Shown: positions 19,851-33,545, numbered from the whole stretch's first letter. The stretch: 63,992 nucleotides of DNA, filler included, from an uncultured bacterium (GCA_964429075.1; 8 parts of 8 records of this genome joined end to end with filler, not necessarily neighbours in it), one strand, 5' to 3'. Made by a program: numbers and translations. Notes: generated by a model from the letters alone, not told the origin.

Positions 19851-20309
19851 ATGGGAGATACCAAAAAGGAGGGCCAGCGAGTAAAACCGAGGACTCTGGG
19901 TCGAAAGGCACTTCTTAGAGAATACAACCGCCGTAGAAGAAGAGGCGAACAAGACCCCGAGCTTCTCGAGATGATGGAGCGGATAGAAGCAATAAGACCA
20001 AGGAGACGTGCCGAATGCAGAGATGGCATAAGGCCGTGTCCTTTCATCCTGTGTCGTTACAATCTCTACATTGATGTAAATCCAAGGACAGGTTCAATCA
20101 AGTTCAATTTCCCTGGTAAAGATATTTGGGAGCTCGAAGAAACCTGTGCGTTGGATGTTGCAGAAAGAGGTGCAATTACACTGGAAGAGGTGGGTAAGAT
20201 AATGAATCTTACCAGAGAAAGGGTAAGGCAGATAGAACAGGATGCCCTCAATAAACTCAAAGCCTACATTGAAGAGATCAAGGAGGTGGATAAAGGTGAT
20301 GATGAATAA
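19851..20309 (+). CDS. stand-alone sigma70 region-4 HTH protein with Cys4 domain
   Basis: [27 protein letters not shown] preceded by C-x6-C-x4-C-x30-C; no sigma region 2. Confidence 0.8.
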   Translation: MGDTKKEGQRVKPRTLGRKALLREYNRRRRRGEQDPELLEMMERIEAIRPRRRAECRDGIRPCPFILCRYNLYIDVNPRTGSIKFNFPGKDIWELEETCALDVAERGAITLEEVGKIMNLTRERVRQIEQDALNKLKAYIEEIKEVDKGDDE

Positions 20310-21870
20310 TCCAAATGAACCCCTAAGGATCACGCGAGCCTTATTTAGTGTATGGGATAAAGAAGGCATTGAGAGACTTGCAACCACTTTGTCAAGATTT
20401 GGTTGTGAGATTATCTCCACCGGTGGTACTGCACGTTATCTACAGGAAAAGGGTTTAGAGATTGTAAGGGTTGAAGATCTTACAGATTTTCCAAGTATAT
20501 TCTCCGGGCGGGTAAAGACCCTGCATCCAGTTATCTTTGGTGGTATTTTGATGAGAACAAACAACCCTGTGGATCAAAAAGAGGCAGAAACACATAAGAT
20601 ACAGCCAATTCAACTTGTGGTCATAGACTTTTATCCCTTTGAACAGGCAAGAGAGAAAGAACATGAAATAGAGAAATTACTTGAATATATAGATATCGGG
20701 GGCCCTTCAATGGTAAGGGCAGCTGCCAAGAACTATCCTAATGTCGCTGTACTCTGTTATAAAGAGGACCTTGATGGGGTTGTTGATGAGTTGAATAGAC
20801 TTGAGGGAAGATTGTCACTTTTGACACGAAAGAGATTGGCCTACAGGGCCTTTGCCTACACAGCCTATTACGACTCCTTAATATGGCGTACCCTGTTAGA
20901 AAAAAATAGTATATCAGACAACATCTTCCCCACCTTTTATACAGCGGGATATAAAAAGGTCATGGATCTTCGATACGGTGAAAATCCACATCAAAAGGCT
21001 GCACTATATAAGGACCCTATTTCAATTTCAAAAGGACTTATCGATGCGGATGTACTCTGGGGGAAGCAACTATCCTACAACAATATGGTAGATGCAGATG
21101 CCTGTCTTCAGTTAATCTTGGAATTTGACAGACCCTGCTGTGCTATCTTAAAACACACAAATCCATGTGGTCTATCTGTAGGGAAAAAGAGTGCCAAAGA
21201 GGCCTTTGAATCAGCCTTCGAATGTGATCCTGTATCAAGTTTTGGAGGCATTGTTGGCTTTAATCATCAGGTTGATTTAGAGGCTGCAAAATCAATCTCA
21301 AAGATATTTGTTGAGATAGTGCTTGCACCATCATTCACAGAAGATGCATTGAGCCTTCTGAAGCAGAAAAAGAATCTCAGAATTGTCAGATATCATACAA
21401 AAAAGATATCTCCATCACTATCCCAGAAGAGCATTTTAGGTGGTCTTCTGGTGCAGGAAATTGATACAATTAAAGAGGATGTTTCGCAGTTTAGTATTCC
21501 TACAAAGAAAAAGCCGGATGAAAAACAGTGGGCAGATCTTATGGTAGCATACAGGGCTGTAAAGCATGTCAAATCCAATGCAATAGTCATAGCAAAGGAT
21601 GGACTCTTAATAGGTGTTGGTGCCGGACAGATGAGTAGAGTAGAATCTGCAGAGCTTGCAATAAAGCGATCAAGGGTATCCACAGAAGGCGCAGTCGCTG
21701 CATCTGATGCATTTTTTCCATTCAGAGATGGGGTGGATGTGCTGTGTGATGCAGGCATCAGTGCTATAATCCAGCCGGGTGGATCCATAAGAGATAGTGA
21801 GGTGATATCTGCTGCGGATGAGAGAGGGATATCAATGGTCCTGACCGGTCATAGACATTTTAGACACTGA
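20299..21870 (+). CDS. purH: bifunctional AICAR transformylase / IMP cyclohydrolase
   Basis: [54 protein letters not shown]. Confidence 0.97.
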   Translation: MMNNPNEPLRITRALFSVWDKEGIERLATTLSRFGCEIISTGGTARYLQEKGLEIVRVEDLTDFPSIFSGRVKTLHPVIFGGILMRTNNPVDQKEAETHKIQPIQLVVIDFYPFEQAREKEHEIEKLLEYIDIGGPSMVRAAAKNYPNVAVLCYKEDLDGVVDELNRLEGRLSLLTRKRLAYRAFAYTAYYDSLIWRTLLEKNSISDNIFPTFYTAGYKKVMDLRYGENPHQKAALYKDPISISKGLIDADVLWGKQLSYNNMVDADACLQLILEFDRPCCAILKHTNPCGLSVGKKSAKEAFESAFECDPVSSFGGIVGFNHQVDLEAAKSISKIFVEIVLAPSFTEDALSLLKQKKNLRIVRYHTKKISPSLSQKSILGGLLVQEIDTIKEDVSQFSIPTKKKPDEKQWADLMVAYRAVKHVKSNAIVIAKDGLLIGVGAGQMSRVESAELAIKRSRVSTEGAVAASDAFFPFRDGVDVLCDAGISAIIQPGGSIRDSEVISAADERGISMVLTGHRHFRH

Positions 21871-21891
21871 GCTTTCTTACTGGGAGAGGAT

Positions 21892-23179
21892 ATGAAAGTA
21901 CTTGTTGTTGGTTCTGGTGGAAGAGAACATGCCATTTGCTGGAGACTTAAAAAGGACGGAGCCCAGGAGGTTTTTTGTGCCCCCGGAAACGCAGGCACAC
22001 AGATCGACGGTATAGAAAATATTGATATAAATCCTGATGAATTTGGTGCCATAGCTTCATTTTGTAAAAAACGCGGGGTGGAACTTGTTGTAGTTGGACC
22101 TGAAAAACCCCTATGCAATGGGATTGCTGATTATTTGATGGGTGAAAATATAACTGTATTTGGTCCTGTTAAAAGGGCGGCTATGCTCGAAGGCAGCAAG
22201 ATCTTTGCAAAAAGATTTATGAAAAAATACAAGATACCTACCGCTCAATTTGACACAGCACATGATGCCAGCCATGCATACGAGATCGCAAAAAATATGA
22301 ACTTTAGATGTGCAATTAAAGTGGACGGTCTTGCAGCCGGCAAGGGTGTTTTTGTTTGTAGAAGTGAAAGTGATGTTACAGATGCACTTGATGTGATTTT
22401 TAAGGAAAGACGCTTTGGAGCTTCAGGCAGTAGTGTTGTAGTAGAAGAGTTGTTAGAAGGAGAAGAGGCCTCATATATCGTTATGGTGGGAAGGGGTGGT
22501 TATATCAGTTTTCCACCTTCACAGGATCATAAACCTGTCTATGATGGAGATAGAGGTCCAAATACCGGTGGAATGGGTGCCTACGCACCTTGTCCACTTG
22601 TGGATGAAAGGCTTGAACATAAGATTATAGATACTATTGTTGAGCCAACCCTGTCCGGACTTAATAACGAGGATATCGATTTTTTTGGATTTCTGTACAT
22701 AGGTTTGATGATTGATGAGGAGGGTCCGAAGGTTTTAGAGTTTAACGTACGAATGGGTGATCCTGAGACTCAGCCTTTACTGTTCGGTATTGATGATAAT
22801 TTTATCGATCTTTTGATAGAGGCTAAAGATGGCGCTTTTCATACAAAGAGGGTATCGTTCAGTGGATACACCGTATGTGTGGTGATGGCGCAGAGTGGAT
22901 ATCCAGGATCGTATAAAAAAGGTATGCTTATCAGTGGTCTTGATGACCCANNNNNNNNNNAACGATTGGATAAAGGTATTCCATGCAGGTACAGTAATCA
23001 AAGAGGGTTCAGTTTTTACAAATGGTGGGAGGGTACTTGGCATTACTGCAAGGGGTGATGATATAAAAAGTGCCATAAAGAGGGCCTATGAGGGTGTTGA
23101 TAAAATCCACTGGGAAGGCAGATATTTCAGAAAAGACATTGCCAAGAAGGCACTTAAGAGATTGCAACAGACCTATTAG
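21892..23179 (+). CDS. purD: phosphoribosylamine-glycine ligase (spans a 10-N gap)
   Basis: GSGGREHA, LEGSK, DGLAAGKGV, QDHK, GPNTGGMG, EFNVRMGDPE; after the gap FHAGT, NGGRVL, FRKDIA in another frame. Confidence 0.95.
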
Positions 23180-23664
23180 ATAGGGATGCGTGAAAATTCT
23201 CTGAACCCGGCATTGTTGTATAATTCTTCAGAAGATTCCGTAAAATCTGGCCATTTAAGATCTTTTATTATCTTTTGAGCAAAAGGTCTATCCATGATAG
23301 CAGGATGGGGGATCTTAAGCTCTGGTGTGTTTATATATTGTTGTTCCCAAAGAAGTATGTCGATATCAATTGTTCTTGGTAGATTCTTCCCTTTGTTACG
23401 CCGTCCGAGTCTTTTTTCTATTAACTTCAACATCTCTAAAAGATCAAAGGGATCCAGAGTTGTCTCTGCAAGAAGTCCACAGTTTAAATAGTCGGGATGG
23501 CCTTTGACTCCTATGGGTCTGGTTTCATAGATTGGGGTGATTCCAAGGAGTTCTAACCCTTTGATGCGTTTTATCATACACACACACAACCTTATATTGG
23601 CAAGCCTGTCGCCAAGATTCGAACCAAGGAGTAAAATCAGTCTGTTTTTTTTGTTGTTATGCAT
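23176..23664 (-). CDS. folK: 6-hydroxymethyl-7,8-dihydropterin pyrophosphokinase
   Basis: LGSNLGDR, YET.P, YLN, PRTIDIDIL, IPHP. Confidence 0.93.
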   Translation of the reverse strand: MHNNKKNRLILLLGSNLGDRLANIRLCVCMIKRIKGLELLGITPIYETRPIGVKGHPDYLNCGLLAETTLDPFDLLEMLKLIEKRLGRRNKGKNLPRTIDIDILLWEQQYINTPELKIPHPAIMDRPFAQKIIKDLKWPDFTESSEELYNNAGFREFSRIPI

Positions 23665-24847
23665 CCTGCAGCCCCTCTTTTAAAAGATATATCAAATCTC
23701 TTAAATCCTCAACCCTATGATCAGCACAGATGCCAATCCTTAACATTGCCCTATTTTTTTCTACAGTTGGGTAGCGTATTGGTCTGATGAATATACCTTT
23801 TTCGAAAAGAAACTCAGAAATTTTTAGGGCCCTTTTTTCATCTCCAATAAAGACGGGTACAATCTGGCTGTCAATTTTAAATAGTTCGGATAGGCCATTT
23901 TGTTTTACAAGCCTTCTTAGTGTGTTGATATTATTTCTTAGTTTCCTTCTTTTATCGTCCGACTCAAACACCCTTTTTATTCTGTATCTTATTATGTTTA
24001 CCAGTGCAGGTGGTAGTGATGTTGAGAATATGTAAGATCTTACGGTGCTAATTAAATACTGTTTTAGTGATGGAGAGCAGATAAGAAATGCGCCAACTGT
24101 TGCTGCAGCCTTACCGAGGGTAATTACCAGTAGATCTACATGCTCCAGATATTCAGAAGCGATACCAAGCCCCCTTTTACCACATACCCCAAATGAATGG
24201 GCCTCATCTATCATTAAATGAAAGCCATACCTTTTTTTTAAATCAACAACCTCTTTTATGGGGACTTTATCACCATCAATAGAAAAGATCCCTTCTGTAA
24301 TGTAGAGGATCTCTTTTGTATTGCTTGTTTTTTTCAGTGTATCCTCAAGGGCATTCATGTCGTTGTGAGGGATTATAATCTTGTGAGTACCAGATAATCT
24401 TATTCCATCAATAATGGATGCATGATTTTTCTGATCACTAATAACAACAAAGCTGGAGATTGAAGTTATAGCAGGTATTACTCCGGTATTTAGATGATAA
24501 CCGCTGTTAAAGAACATGCATGCTCTATTGTATTGATCTGAAACAAATTCCTCAAGCTCTTTGTGGGAGTTATGCGTCCCTGTTAATAATCTGCTACCTG
24601 TTGAGCCCCATTTTAGTTTAAGCACCTCCTCTAAAACATCCTCAGGAAGATCCTCTTTAGCAAGTCCAAGATAGTCGTTTGAACAGAAATTGATAAACCT
24701 TTTGCCATTAATTTGTGTAGATCCATTGAGGGAGCTATCGAGTACTATCTCAGACCTTAAAAGATTCTGTCTTTTTAATCTATCAAGTTGCAATAATACA
24801 AGTTTTTCGAGTTTACTTTCTTTCATTTCTGACAAGATATCTTTCAA
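23657..24847 (-). CDS. bioF: 8-amino-7-oxononanoate synthase
   Basis: FCSNDYLGL, GSRLLTG, NHASIIDG, DEAHSFG, TLGKA, IRYPTV. Confidence 0.85.
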   Translation of the reverse strand: MKDILSEMKESKLEKLVLLQLDRLKRQNLLRSEIVLDSSLNGSTQINGKRFINFCSNDYLGLAKEDLPEDVLEEVLKLKWGSTGSRLLTGTHNSHKELEEFVSDQYNRACMFFNSGYHLNTGVIPAITSISSFVVISDQKNHASIIDGIRLSGTHKIIIPHNDMNALEDTLKKTSNTKEILYITEGIFSIDGDKVPIKEVVDLKKRYGFHLMIDEAHSFGVCGKRGLGIASEYLEHVDLLVITLGKAAATVGAFLICSPSLKQYLISTVRSYIFSTSLPPALVNIIRYRIKRVFESDDKRRKLRNNINTLRRLVKQNGLSELFKIDSQIVPVFIGDEKRALKISEFLFEKGIFIRPIRYPTVEKNRAMLRIGICADHRVEDLRDLIYLLKEGLQDA

Positions 24848-25451
24848 TTTTTTTTACATCATCTTCGGTATCAAGATCAATCTGACTGAAACCCGGCAAA
24901 AGGATCTCTTTTACCCTCAATCTTTTTTCTTTCAAGAATTCAGAACCGTAGCCTCTGTAGCCCAGAAACTGGCTTAATGATTCTATATTAAAGATGACAG
25001 GGTGTCCTTTTGTGCCTGCAACATCTGTTCCATAAACTACATCGTATTTTGAAGAAATAAATTCTGTGGCTATTTTATCGATAAATTTTTCATTTATAAA
25101 TGGCATATCTGCAGGGATGAATAATATACCACAAAGATCTGAATAATTGTCGATCGCATATCTGATCGCCAGGTCTCTTGAGGTAAAAACACCATGCTGC
25201 CATTTTTTATTATGAATAAGTATGAGTCTTTTTTGTGTTTTTACTACATCAACAATCCTTTCTCTATCAAACCCTGTGACTAACAACCAGTCTTTTATTA
25301 ATTTTGATGATAGACAGTTGTTTATACACCACATTAAAAGAGGCTTGTCAGCAATTTTAACAAGGAGCTTATTTTTGTAATTGCTAAATCTTTTTCCCAT
25401 CCCTCCTGCAAGTATTACACCAACAACCCTTTTTGTTGAATTATGTGCCAT
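24813..25451 (-). CDS. MocA/MobA-like nucleotidyltransferase
   Basis: VILAGGMGKRF..NKLL, ADMP, GHPVIF, DLDTEDD. Confidence 0.8.
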   Translation of the reverse strand: MAHNSTKRVVGVILAGGMGKRFSNYKNKLLVKIADKPLLMWCINNCLSSKLIKDWLLVTGFDRERIVDVVKTQKRLILIHNKKWQHGVFTSRDLAIRYAIDNYSDLCGILFIPADMPFINEKFIDKIATEFISSKYDVVYGTDVAGTKGHPVIFNIESLSQFLGYRGYGSEFLKEKRLRVKEILLPGFSQIDLDTEDDVKKIERYLVRNERK

Positions 25452-25516
25452 CTTTGATTTTAATAACAAACAAGAGGATTGTACACAAGAAAAGAGGATA
25501 TTCAACAGCTATGATA

Positions 25517-25616
25517 NNNNNNNNNNNNNNNNNNNNNNNNNNNNNNNNNNNNNNNNNNNNTTAATTAATTAANNNNNNNNNNNNNNNNNNNNNNNNNNNN
25601 NNNNNNNNNNNNNNNN
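25517..25616. other. artificial contig linker
   Basis: 44 N + TTAATTAATTAA + 44 N. Confidence 0.98.
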
Positions 25617-25617
25617 A

Positions 25618-25863
25618 TGTAATACCATGCATGAGTTTGACTCAAAATTGAGCTTTTTATCAGAGTGTAAAAGAGTGCTTAAAAGAGGTGGTACACTTCA
25701 TATAATTGATTGGCTTCCTGTAGAAACACCGATGGGACCTCCAATAAAAGAGAGGTTGGTGCCGGACAACGTTAAAAAACTACTTGAGGAAGAAGGGTTC
25801 TGTGAAATTACCTCTGTAGATATATATAAGTACCACTTTTATATTAAAGCAAAAAAACAGTAG
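25618..25863 (+). CDS. class I SAM-dependent methyltransferase (3' fragment)
   Basis: HE...FLSECKRVLKRGG.L.IIDW, MGPP. Confidence 0.75.
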   Translation, partial: CNTMHEFDSKLSFLSECKRVLKRGGTLHIIDWLPVETPMGPPIKERLVPDNVKKLLEEEGFCEITSVDIYKYHFYIKAKKQ

Positions 25864-25866
25864 ATA

Positions 25867-26715
25867 TCAAAGGCCCAGCAACAACCGGTATCTCTCTTGA
25901 AGTTCACTATTGAGTGTGCTTATATCTGTTAAAACTGCACTGTCAAGCGCATGATGACACTGGCAATCTTTTTGGGTATCGTAACGCAATATGAATTCAG
26001 ATATCAACTCCTTTGATAACTCTTCATTCTTTTTTAAAACCTTAAGAACTGCATCAACCGAAACATCCTCTTCAGATTCATGCCAGCAGTCATAATCGGT
26101 TACCATGCAGAGGGTCAGATAACAGATCTGTGCCTCCCTTGCCAGTTTTACCTCAGGTACATTTGTCATACCAATGACATCAACACCAAAACTCCTGAAG
26201 AGATGGGACTCTGCCTTTGTGCTGAAAGATGGACCTTCTATACATACATATGTGCCACCAAGAAAATGTTTTGTACCTTTGTCTTTTAAAACCAAAGCCA
26301 TTGTATCAAAAAGATCTTTACAGATAGGTTCAGAAAATTGAATGTGTACGGTAATACCCTTATCAAAAAAGGTATAGTCCCTTTTTTTGGTCCAATCAAT
26401 GAATTGATCAACAAGTACAACGGATCCCGGGACATACTCCTCTTTCATGCTTCCAACCGCACTTACAGAAAGTATTGCCTTTGCACCAAGTTTTTTAAAT
26501 CCCCAGATGTTTGCACGATAATTTACTGCAGAAGGAGGAAACTGATGATGTTTTCCATGTCTTGGTAGAAAGGCAACCCTCTTGCCGTGTAGTGTACCAA
26601 TTAGATAGGGTGCCACAGGTTGTCCAAAAGGTGTATCTAACTCTATCTCTTTTATATCTGAAAGACCTTCTATGTTGTATAAACCGCTGCCACCGATAAT
26701 TCCAATCTCTACCAT
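25867..26715 (-). CDS. mtnP: S-methyl-5'-thioadenosine phosphorylase
   Basis: IGIIGGSG, PRHG, NYRANI, EGPSFST.AES, GMTNVPE, TDYDCW. Confidence 0.92.
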   Translation of the reverse strand: MVEIGIIGGSGLYNIEGLSDIKEIELDTPFGQPVAPYLIGTLHGKRVAFLPRHGKHHQFPPSAVNYRANIWGFKKLGAKAILSVSAVGSMKEEYVPGSVVLVDQFIDWTKKRDYTFFDKGITVHIQFSEPICKDLFDTMALVLKDKGTKHFLGGTYVCIEGPSFSTKAESHLFRSFGVDVIGMTNVPEVKLAREAQICYLTLCMVTDYDCWHESEEDVSVDAVLKVLKKNEELSKELISEFILRYDTQKDCQCHHALDSAVLTDISTLNSELQERYRLLLGL

Positions 26716-26748
26716 AACAGCCTCCCCTGATACGAAGAGTAATATCAA

Positions 26749-27168
26749 CTAAACAAATTCAATGTTGGAAAAGAAAAAAGCAACCTCTCTTTTAGCAGAC
26801 TCCAGATCTGCTGATCCATGAACGGCGTTTCGTTCTATATTTGTTCCAAACTGTGCCCTGATTGTGCCCTCCTTTGCATTCTCAGGATTTGTTGCACCGA
26901 TCACCTCTCTCCATCTCTCAACAGCATTGTTTGAAGCCAAAGCAAGCACATATATTGGTCCTTCTGTCATAAAGGATATAAGACTGCTAAAAAAAGGCTT
27001 GTCTTTATGTTCCTGATAAAAGCCTTCGGCCTGTAGCTTTGTCAGTCTTATCTTTTTTAATGCCCTTATTTCGAATCCTTCATTAAGGATACGATCAATT
27101 ATCTTTCCTTCGAGTTTTTTACTTACTGCATCTGGTTTTATAATTGCGAGTGTAAGCTGCACAGACAT
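26749..27168 (-). CDS. ndk: nucleoside diphosphate kinase
   Basis: IIKPDAV, GTIR, NAVHGS. Confidence 0.97.
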   Translation of the reverse strand: MSVQLTLAIIKPDAVSKKLEGKIIDRILNEGFEIRALKKIRLTKLQAEGFYQEHKDKPFFSSLISFMTEGPIYVLALASNNAVERWREVIGATNPENAKEGTIRAQFGTNIERNAVHGSADLESAKREVAFFFSNIEFV

Positions 27169-27183
27169 TACAAATCCCTCCTT

Positions 27184-27729
27184 TTATGACTTATACAGTG
27201 CAAATCCTGCCTTCAAAGCACGCCTGTTTAACTCTTCTGTGCCTTTTGGTACTTTCTTCAATAGCGCCTTTTCAAGGGACTCTAATTTCACAACACCTGT
27301 GGAAGAGGCAATCACTCCAAGTGCAACTACATTTGCGACAAAGGCCTTTCCAACCTCTTTAACAGCTGTATCTATAATTGGAACACTGACAACTTTATAT
27401 TTTGACAGGTCCATGCCATTTGTCTTTACATCAACTGAATCAACAATGAGTGTACCACCCTCTTTAAGACTATCCTTAAATTTGTTGAAGGAATCCTGTG
27501 TCAGGCTCAGCAACATATCAAGATCCGTTGTTTCAACATAATCTATGGGTTCATCATCAATAATCACATCTGCCCTTGAAGCCCCTCCCCTTGCTTCTGC
27601 ACCATAAACCTGACTCTGCAACACAAATTTACCTTCATAAAGGGCAGCGGCCTCACCAAGAATAACCGAAGCGAGTATTATACCCTGTCCTCCGGAACCG
27701 CTGAGCCTGATCTCATATCGCTTTCCCAT
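27184..27729 (-). CDS. korC: 2-oxoacid:ferredoxin oxidoreductase gamma subunit
   Basis: GSGGQG, YGAEARGG.S, NVVALG, N.RAL.AG. Confidence 0.92.
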   Translation of the reverse strand: MGKRYEIRLSGSGGQGIILASVILGEAAALYEGKFVLQSQVYGAEARGGASRADVIIDDEPIDYVETTDLDMLLSLTQDSFNKFKDSLKEGGTLIVDSVDVKTNGMDLSKYKVVSVPIIDTAVKEVGKAFVANVVALGVIASSTGVVKLESLEKALLKKVPKGTEELNRRALKAGFALYKS

Positions 27730-27739
27730 AATACCACCC

Positions 27740-28879
27740 TCAATTTATGTTATTCTCAATATAATCAACAATCATGTCTGGAGATATTGGATGCCCTGTT
27801 ACATCACAGACTGAGTGTACTTTTGCTCTTCCATTGTTGATTCGTTCCACCTCAAGTACAAGCTGTCCAAGGTTCATCTCAGCTACAACTACATGTTTCA
27901 CACCCTTTGCCAGAAGTTCCACAAGCTGTCTTTCAGGGAACGGCCATACAGTAACGGGTCTAAAAAGACCTATCTTTTTCCCCTTTTCCCTTAATATCTT
28001 AACTGCCCTCTGTGCAGAGCGTGAGATTGAACCAATTGCAACAATAATTAACTCTGCATCTTCAGCCATAAAATAGTCTACCCTGTCTATGTAATCTCTA
28101 TGTTTTTCGATCTTTTGAAACAGCCTTCTTTCCTCTTTGTCAACAAAATCACTCTTTGTTGTTGGGAATCCTGTTTCATCATGATTCAGCCCTGTTGTAT
28201 GGAAACGGTGCCCATCACCATATGCTGCCATTAGTGGGATTACATCACCTTCGGGCACTTCGTATGGACGATATTGCTCAAGCTCTTTGCCAGGTTTTTT
28301 TCTATCTATAACCTCAAGCTCACCCTCCTGTGGTATCTTTATCTTTTCACGCATATGCCCAACAATTTCGTCAGAGAGAATAATAACAGGGTTTCTTATT
28401 AGCTCTGCTATGTTAAAGGCCCTGACAGTTTCAGTAAACATCTCATAAACTGATGAAGGTGCAACTGCAACTATAGGATGATCACCATGAGTTCCCCACC
28501 TTGCCTGCATAATATCAGACTGAGATGGTTGTGTGGGTAGACCTGTGCTTGGTCCGCCTCTTTGAACGTCTACGATCACACAGGGGACTTCAGTAATACA
28601 TGCATAACCAAGGTTTTCCTGTTTTAATGAAAATCCAGGGCCACTCGTTGCTGTCATGGCCTTGAGACCTGCCAGTGATGCACCAATCACCGCTGCCATT
28701 GAACCTATCTCATCTTCCATCTGAATAAATCTACCTCCATACTTTGGTAGTTCAAGTGCCATTTTCTCAGCAATCTCAGAAGATGGTGTGATAGGATAAC
28801 CTGCAAAAAACCTGCACCCTGCATAGATTGCACCCATTGCACAGGCAATATTTCCCTGTAAAAATTCTATCTTTTCCAT
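27740..28879 (-). CDS. korA: 2-oxoacid:ferredoxin oxidoreductase alpha subunit
   Basis: AGYPITPSSEI, QMEDEI, TATSGPGFSL, QRGGPSTGLPT, EMNLGQ. Confidence 0.95.
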   Translation of the reverse strand: MEKIEFLQGNIACAMGAIYAGCRFFAGYPITPSSEIAEKMALELPKYGGRFIQMEDEIGSMAAVIGASLAGLKAMTATSGPGFSLKQENLGYACITEVPCVIVDVQRGGPSTGLPTQPSQSDIMQARWGTHGDHPIVAVAPSSVYEMFTETVRAFNIAELIRNPVIILSDEIVGHMREKIKIPQEGELEVIDRKKPGKELEQYRPYEVPEGDVIPLMAAYGDGHRFHTTGLNHDETGFPTTKSDFVDKEERRLFQKIEKHRDYIDRVDYFMAEDAELIIVAIGSISRSAQRAVKILREKGKKIGLFRPVTVWPFPERQLVELLAKGVKHVVVAEMNLGQLVLEVERINNGRAKVHSVCDVTGHPISPDMIVDYIENNIN

Positions 28880-28913
28880 TTTTTTCTCCGAAGAGGTTTG
28901 TTTTTTAAGACTT

Positions 28914-29240
28914 TTACTTTTTCTTCTTCCATTTTTTCAGGACATCCACCCAGATGGCAAAGTCTGGGCAGCGCATTTCACATAGCATGCACTGTGTACA
29001 GATTGTCACATCATTAACATAGACACTATTTCTCCCAAGTGTAAGACAGTGGACAGGACAGAAATCAACACAGATTCGACAATTTTTACAGAACCTTTCG
29101 TTTACAGAGATTATTGTAGTATCACAAATGTAGTGGACAATATCGGGATTCTCTTTGTCAGTTTCAACAATGGCATTTACAAGGACCCCTTCTCTTGTCT
29201 TTCCCTGGGAGACCTCATTCTTTTGAGGGCTGGTATTCAT
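28914..29240 (-). CDS. korD: 2x[4Fe-4S] ferredoxin-type delta subunit
   Basis: CKNCRICVDFCP and CTQCMLCEMRCPDFAI; directly upstream of korA. Confidence 0.88.
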   Translation of the reverse strand: MNTSPQKNEVSQGKTREGVLVNAIVETDKENPDIVHYICDTTIISVNERFCKNCRICVDFCPVHCLTLGRNSVYVNDVTICTQCMLCEMRCPDFAIWVDVLKKWKKKK

Positions 29241-29255
29241 ATTATGACTCCTAAA

Positions 29256-30134
29256 TTAGTCTTTCTGCTCCAGTGCCATTTTCATGGCCTTACCCATTTC
29301 TGCAGGAGTCTCAGCAACAACAACCCCTGCAGCTTTAAGGGCCTTTATTTTATCTTCTGCCTTGCCCTTGCCCCCAGAGATTATCGCACCGGCATGCCCC
29401 ATACGTCTGCCTGGCGGTGCGGTTCTACCTGCAATAAAAGCAGCTACAGGTTTTTTAAAATATTTTTTTATGTACTCTGATGCATCCTCTTCGGCGCTCC
29501 CACCAATTTCACCAATCATAAAAACACCTTCAGTGTTGGGATCATCGTTAAACATCTTAAGTAGTTTAATAAAATCAAGCCCAATGATTGGATCTCCACC
29601 AATGCCGATACAGGTAGACTGCCCAAGTCCAAGCTCACTTAGCTGCCACACTGCCTCATAGGTTAATGTACCGCTTCTTGAAATAACACCAATTTTACCT
29701 TTTTTGTGAATGTAGCCCGGCATAATCCCAACCTTACATTCATCTGGTGTAATCACTCCAGGGCAATTTGGTCCAATCAACTTAACACCTCTTTTATCAA
29801 GGTAGGACTTAACCTTTAGCATGTCAAGGGCAGGAATTCCCTCTGTAATACAAACAATGAGATCTACACCTGCATCTGCCGCTTCAATCAGTGCATCCTT
29901 TGCAAAGGCTGGCGGTACAAACACAACTGAACAATTCGCACCCTCCTTTTCGACTGCCTTTGCAACAGAATTGTATACCGGAACACCCTCTACAACCTGA
30001 CCCTCTTTGCCAGGGGTGACTCCTGCAACAATCCTGCTACCATATTCGAGCATGAGTTTTGTATGAAACCTTCCGGCACTTCCTGTTATTCCCTGACAGA
30101 CTATACGTGTATCTTTTCCTACTAATATACTCAT
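29256..30134 (-). CDS. sucD: succinyl-CoA synthetase alpha subunit
   Basis: [32 protein letters not shown]. Confidence 0.97.
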   Translation of the reverse strand: MSILVGKDTRIVCQGITGSAGRFHTKLMLEYGSRIVAGVTPGKEGQVVEGVPVYNSVAKAVEKEGANCSVVFVPPAFAKDALIEAADAGVDLIVCITEGIPALDMLKVKSYLDKRGVKLIGPNCPGVITPDECKVGIMPGYIHKKGKIGVISRSGTLTYEAVWQLSELGLGQSTCIGIGGDPIIGLDFIKLLKMFNDDPNTEGVFMIGEIGGSAEEDASEYIKKYFKKPVAAFIAGRTAPPGRRMGHAGAIISGGKGKAEDKIKALKAAGVVVAETPAEMGKAMKMALEQKD

Positions 30135-31303
30135 AGGGAATTCTCCTTAGCCTTTTTTACTGCAAGCTCTGCAGCCTCATAGAGTGTCTCTGCAGTGTAA
30201 ACCTTTAGGGGGAGATTATTTATAATCTCTCTACCCTTTTCCACATTGGTTCCCTGTAGTCTAACTACAACAGGTACATTTACTGTTGTTTCACTCAATG
30301 CAAGCCTTATACCTTCTGCAATGACATCACATTTCATGATCCCGCCAAAGATGTTTACAAGTATTGCCTTTACATGTTCATCAGATGTTAGGATCTTGAA
30401 GGCTGCCTTAATCTGATCTACCTTTGCACCACCACCCACATCAAGAAAATTTGCAGGCTCACCACCGTAGTACTTTATAATATCCATTGTGGCCATTGCA
30501 AGGCCCGCGCCATTTACCATACAACCAATATTCCCCTCAAGGGCAATGTAGTTTAATTTGTATTTTGATGCTTCAAGCTCTTTTTTATCAATCTCCCTTA
30601 TGTCTTCAAGTTCTTTTATTTCTGGATGACGGTAAAGACCGTTATCGTCAAAATTTACCTTTGCATCAAGTACTGTAAGATGATTCTTTTTTGTAACAAT
30701 TAAGGGATTTATCTCAACAAGTGAACAATCCTTCTGGATGAAAAGCTTAAACATCCCATCCAGTATCTCAAAAAGCTCCTTTCTGAGTGAAAGGTCGAGC
30801 CCCAGTGCCTCAAGCATTGCTATTGTATGATGGTTGAGTACACCAATAAATGGATCTATGTGAATCTTAAAGATCTTTTCAGGGAATTCAGCTGCAACCT
30901 TTTCTATCTCCATCCCACCTTCTGTGGATGCCACAAATACCAGATCTTCTGTCTCTCTGTCTATAAGGAGTGCAAGATACAACTCCCTATCGATCTCAGA
31001 AGCCTTCTCCACATACAGCGTATGTACAATTTTCCCCTCCTGACCGGTCTGAGGAGTAACCAATCGCATTCCAAACATATCCGATGATACCCTTTGTGCC
31101 TCTTCAACACCCTCTACAATTCTGATACCACCGGCCTTCCCTCTGCCACCAGCATGAACCTGCGCCTTCAAGACAACTTTGCCACCACCTAAGGACTCTA
31201 CAGCCTTTTTTACCTCATCTATGTTGTTTGCAACAAAACCTTCAGGTACTGGAAGTCCAAACTGCTTAAAAAGTGCCTTAGCCTGATATTCATGTATCTT
31301 CAT
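30131..31303 (-). CDS. sucC: succinyl-CoA synthetase beta subunit
   Basis: [48 protein letters not shown]. Confidence 0.97.
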   Translation of the reverse strand: MKIHEYQAKALFKQFGLPVPEGFVANNIDEVKKAVESLGGGKVVLKAQVHAGGRGKAGGIRIVEGVEEAQRVSSDMFGMRLVTPQTGQEGKIVHTLYVEKASEIDRELYLALLIDRETEDLVFVASTEGGMEIEKVAAEFPEKIFKIHIDPFIGVLNHHTIAMLEALGLDLSLRKELFEILDGMFKLFIQKDCSLVEINPLIVTKKNHLTVLDAKVNFDDNGLYRHPEIKELEDIREIDKKELEASKYKLNYIALEGNIGCMVNGAGLAMATMDIIKYYGGEPANFLDVGGGAKVDQIKAAFKILTSDEHVKAILVNIFGGIMKCDVIAEGIRLALSETTVNVPVVVRLQGTNVEKGREIINNLPLKVYTAETLYEAAELAVKKAKENSL

Positions 31304-31333
31304 CTTTGTTTCCTAAAAATTTGGATTATTATA

Positions 31334-33545
<2,212 letters not shown>

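Noticed and set aside
22951-22960. Apparent frameshift or split in purD
   Set aside because: It coincides with a 10-N placeholder gap of unknown true length, and both halves are intact. Not a pseudogene or programmed frameshift.
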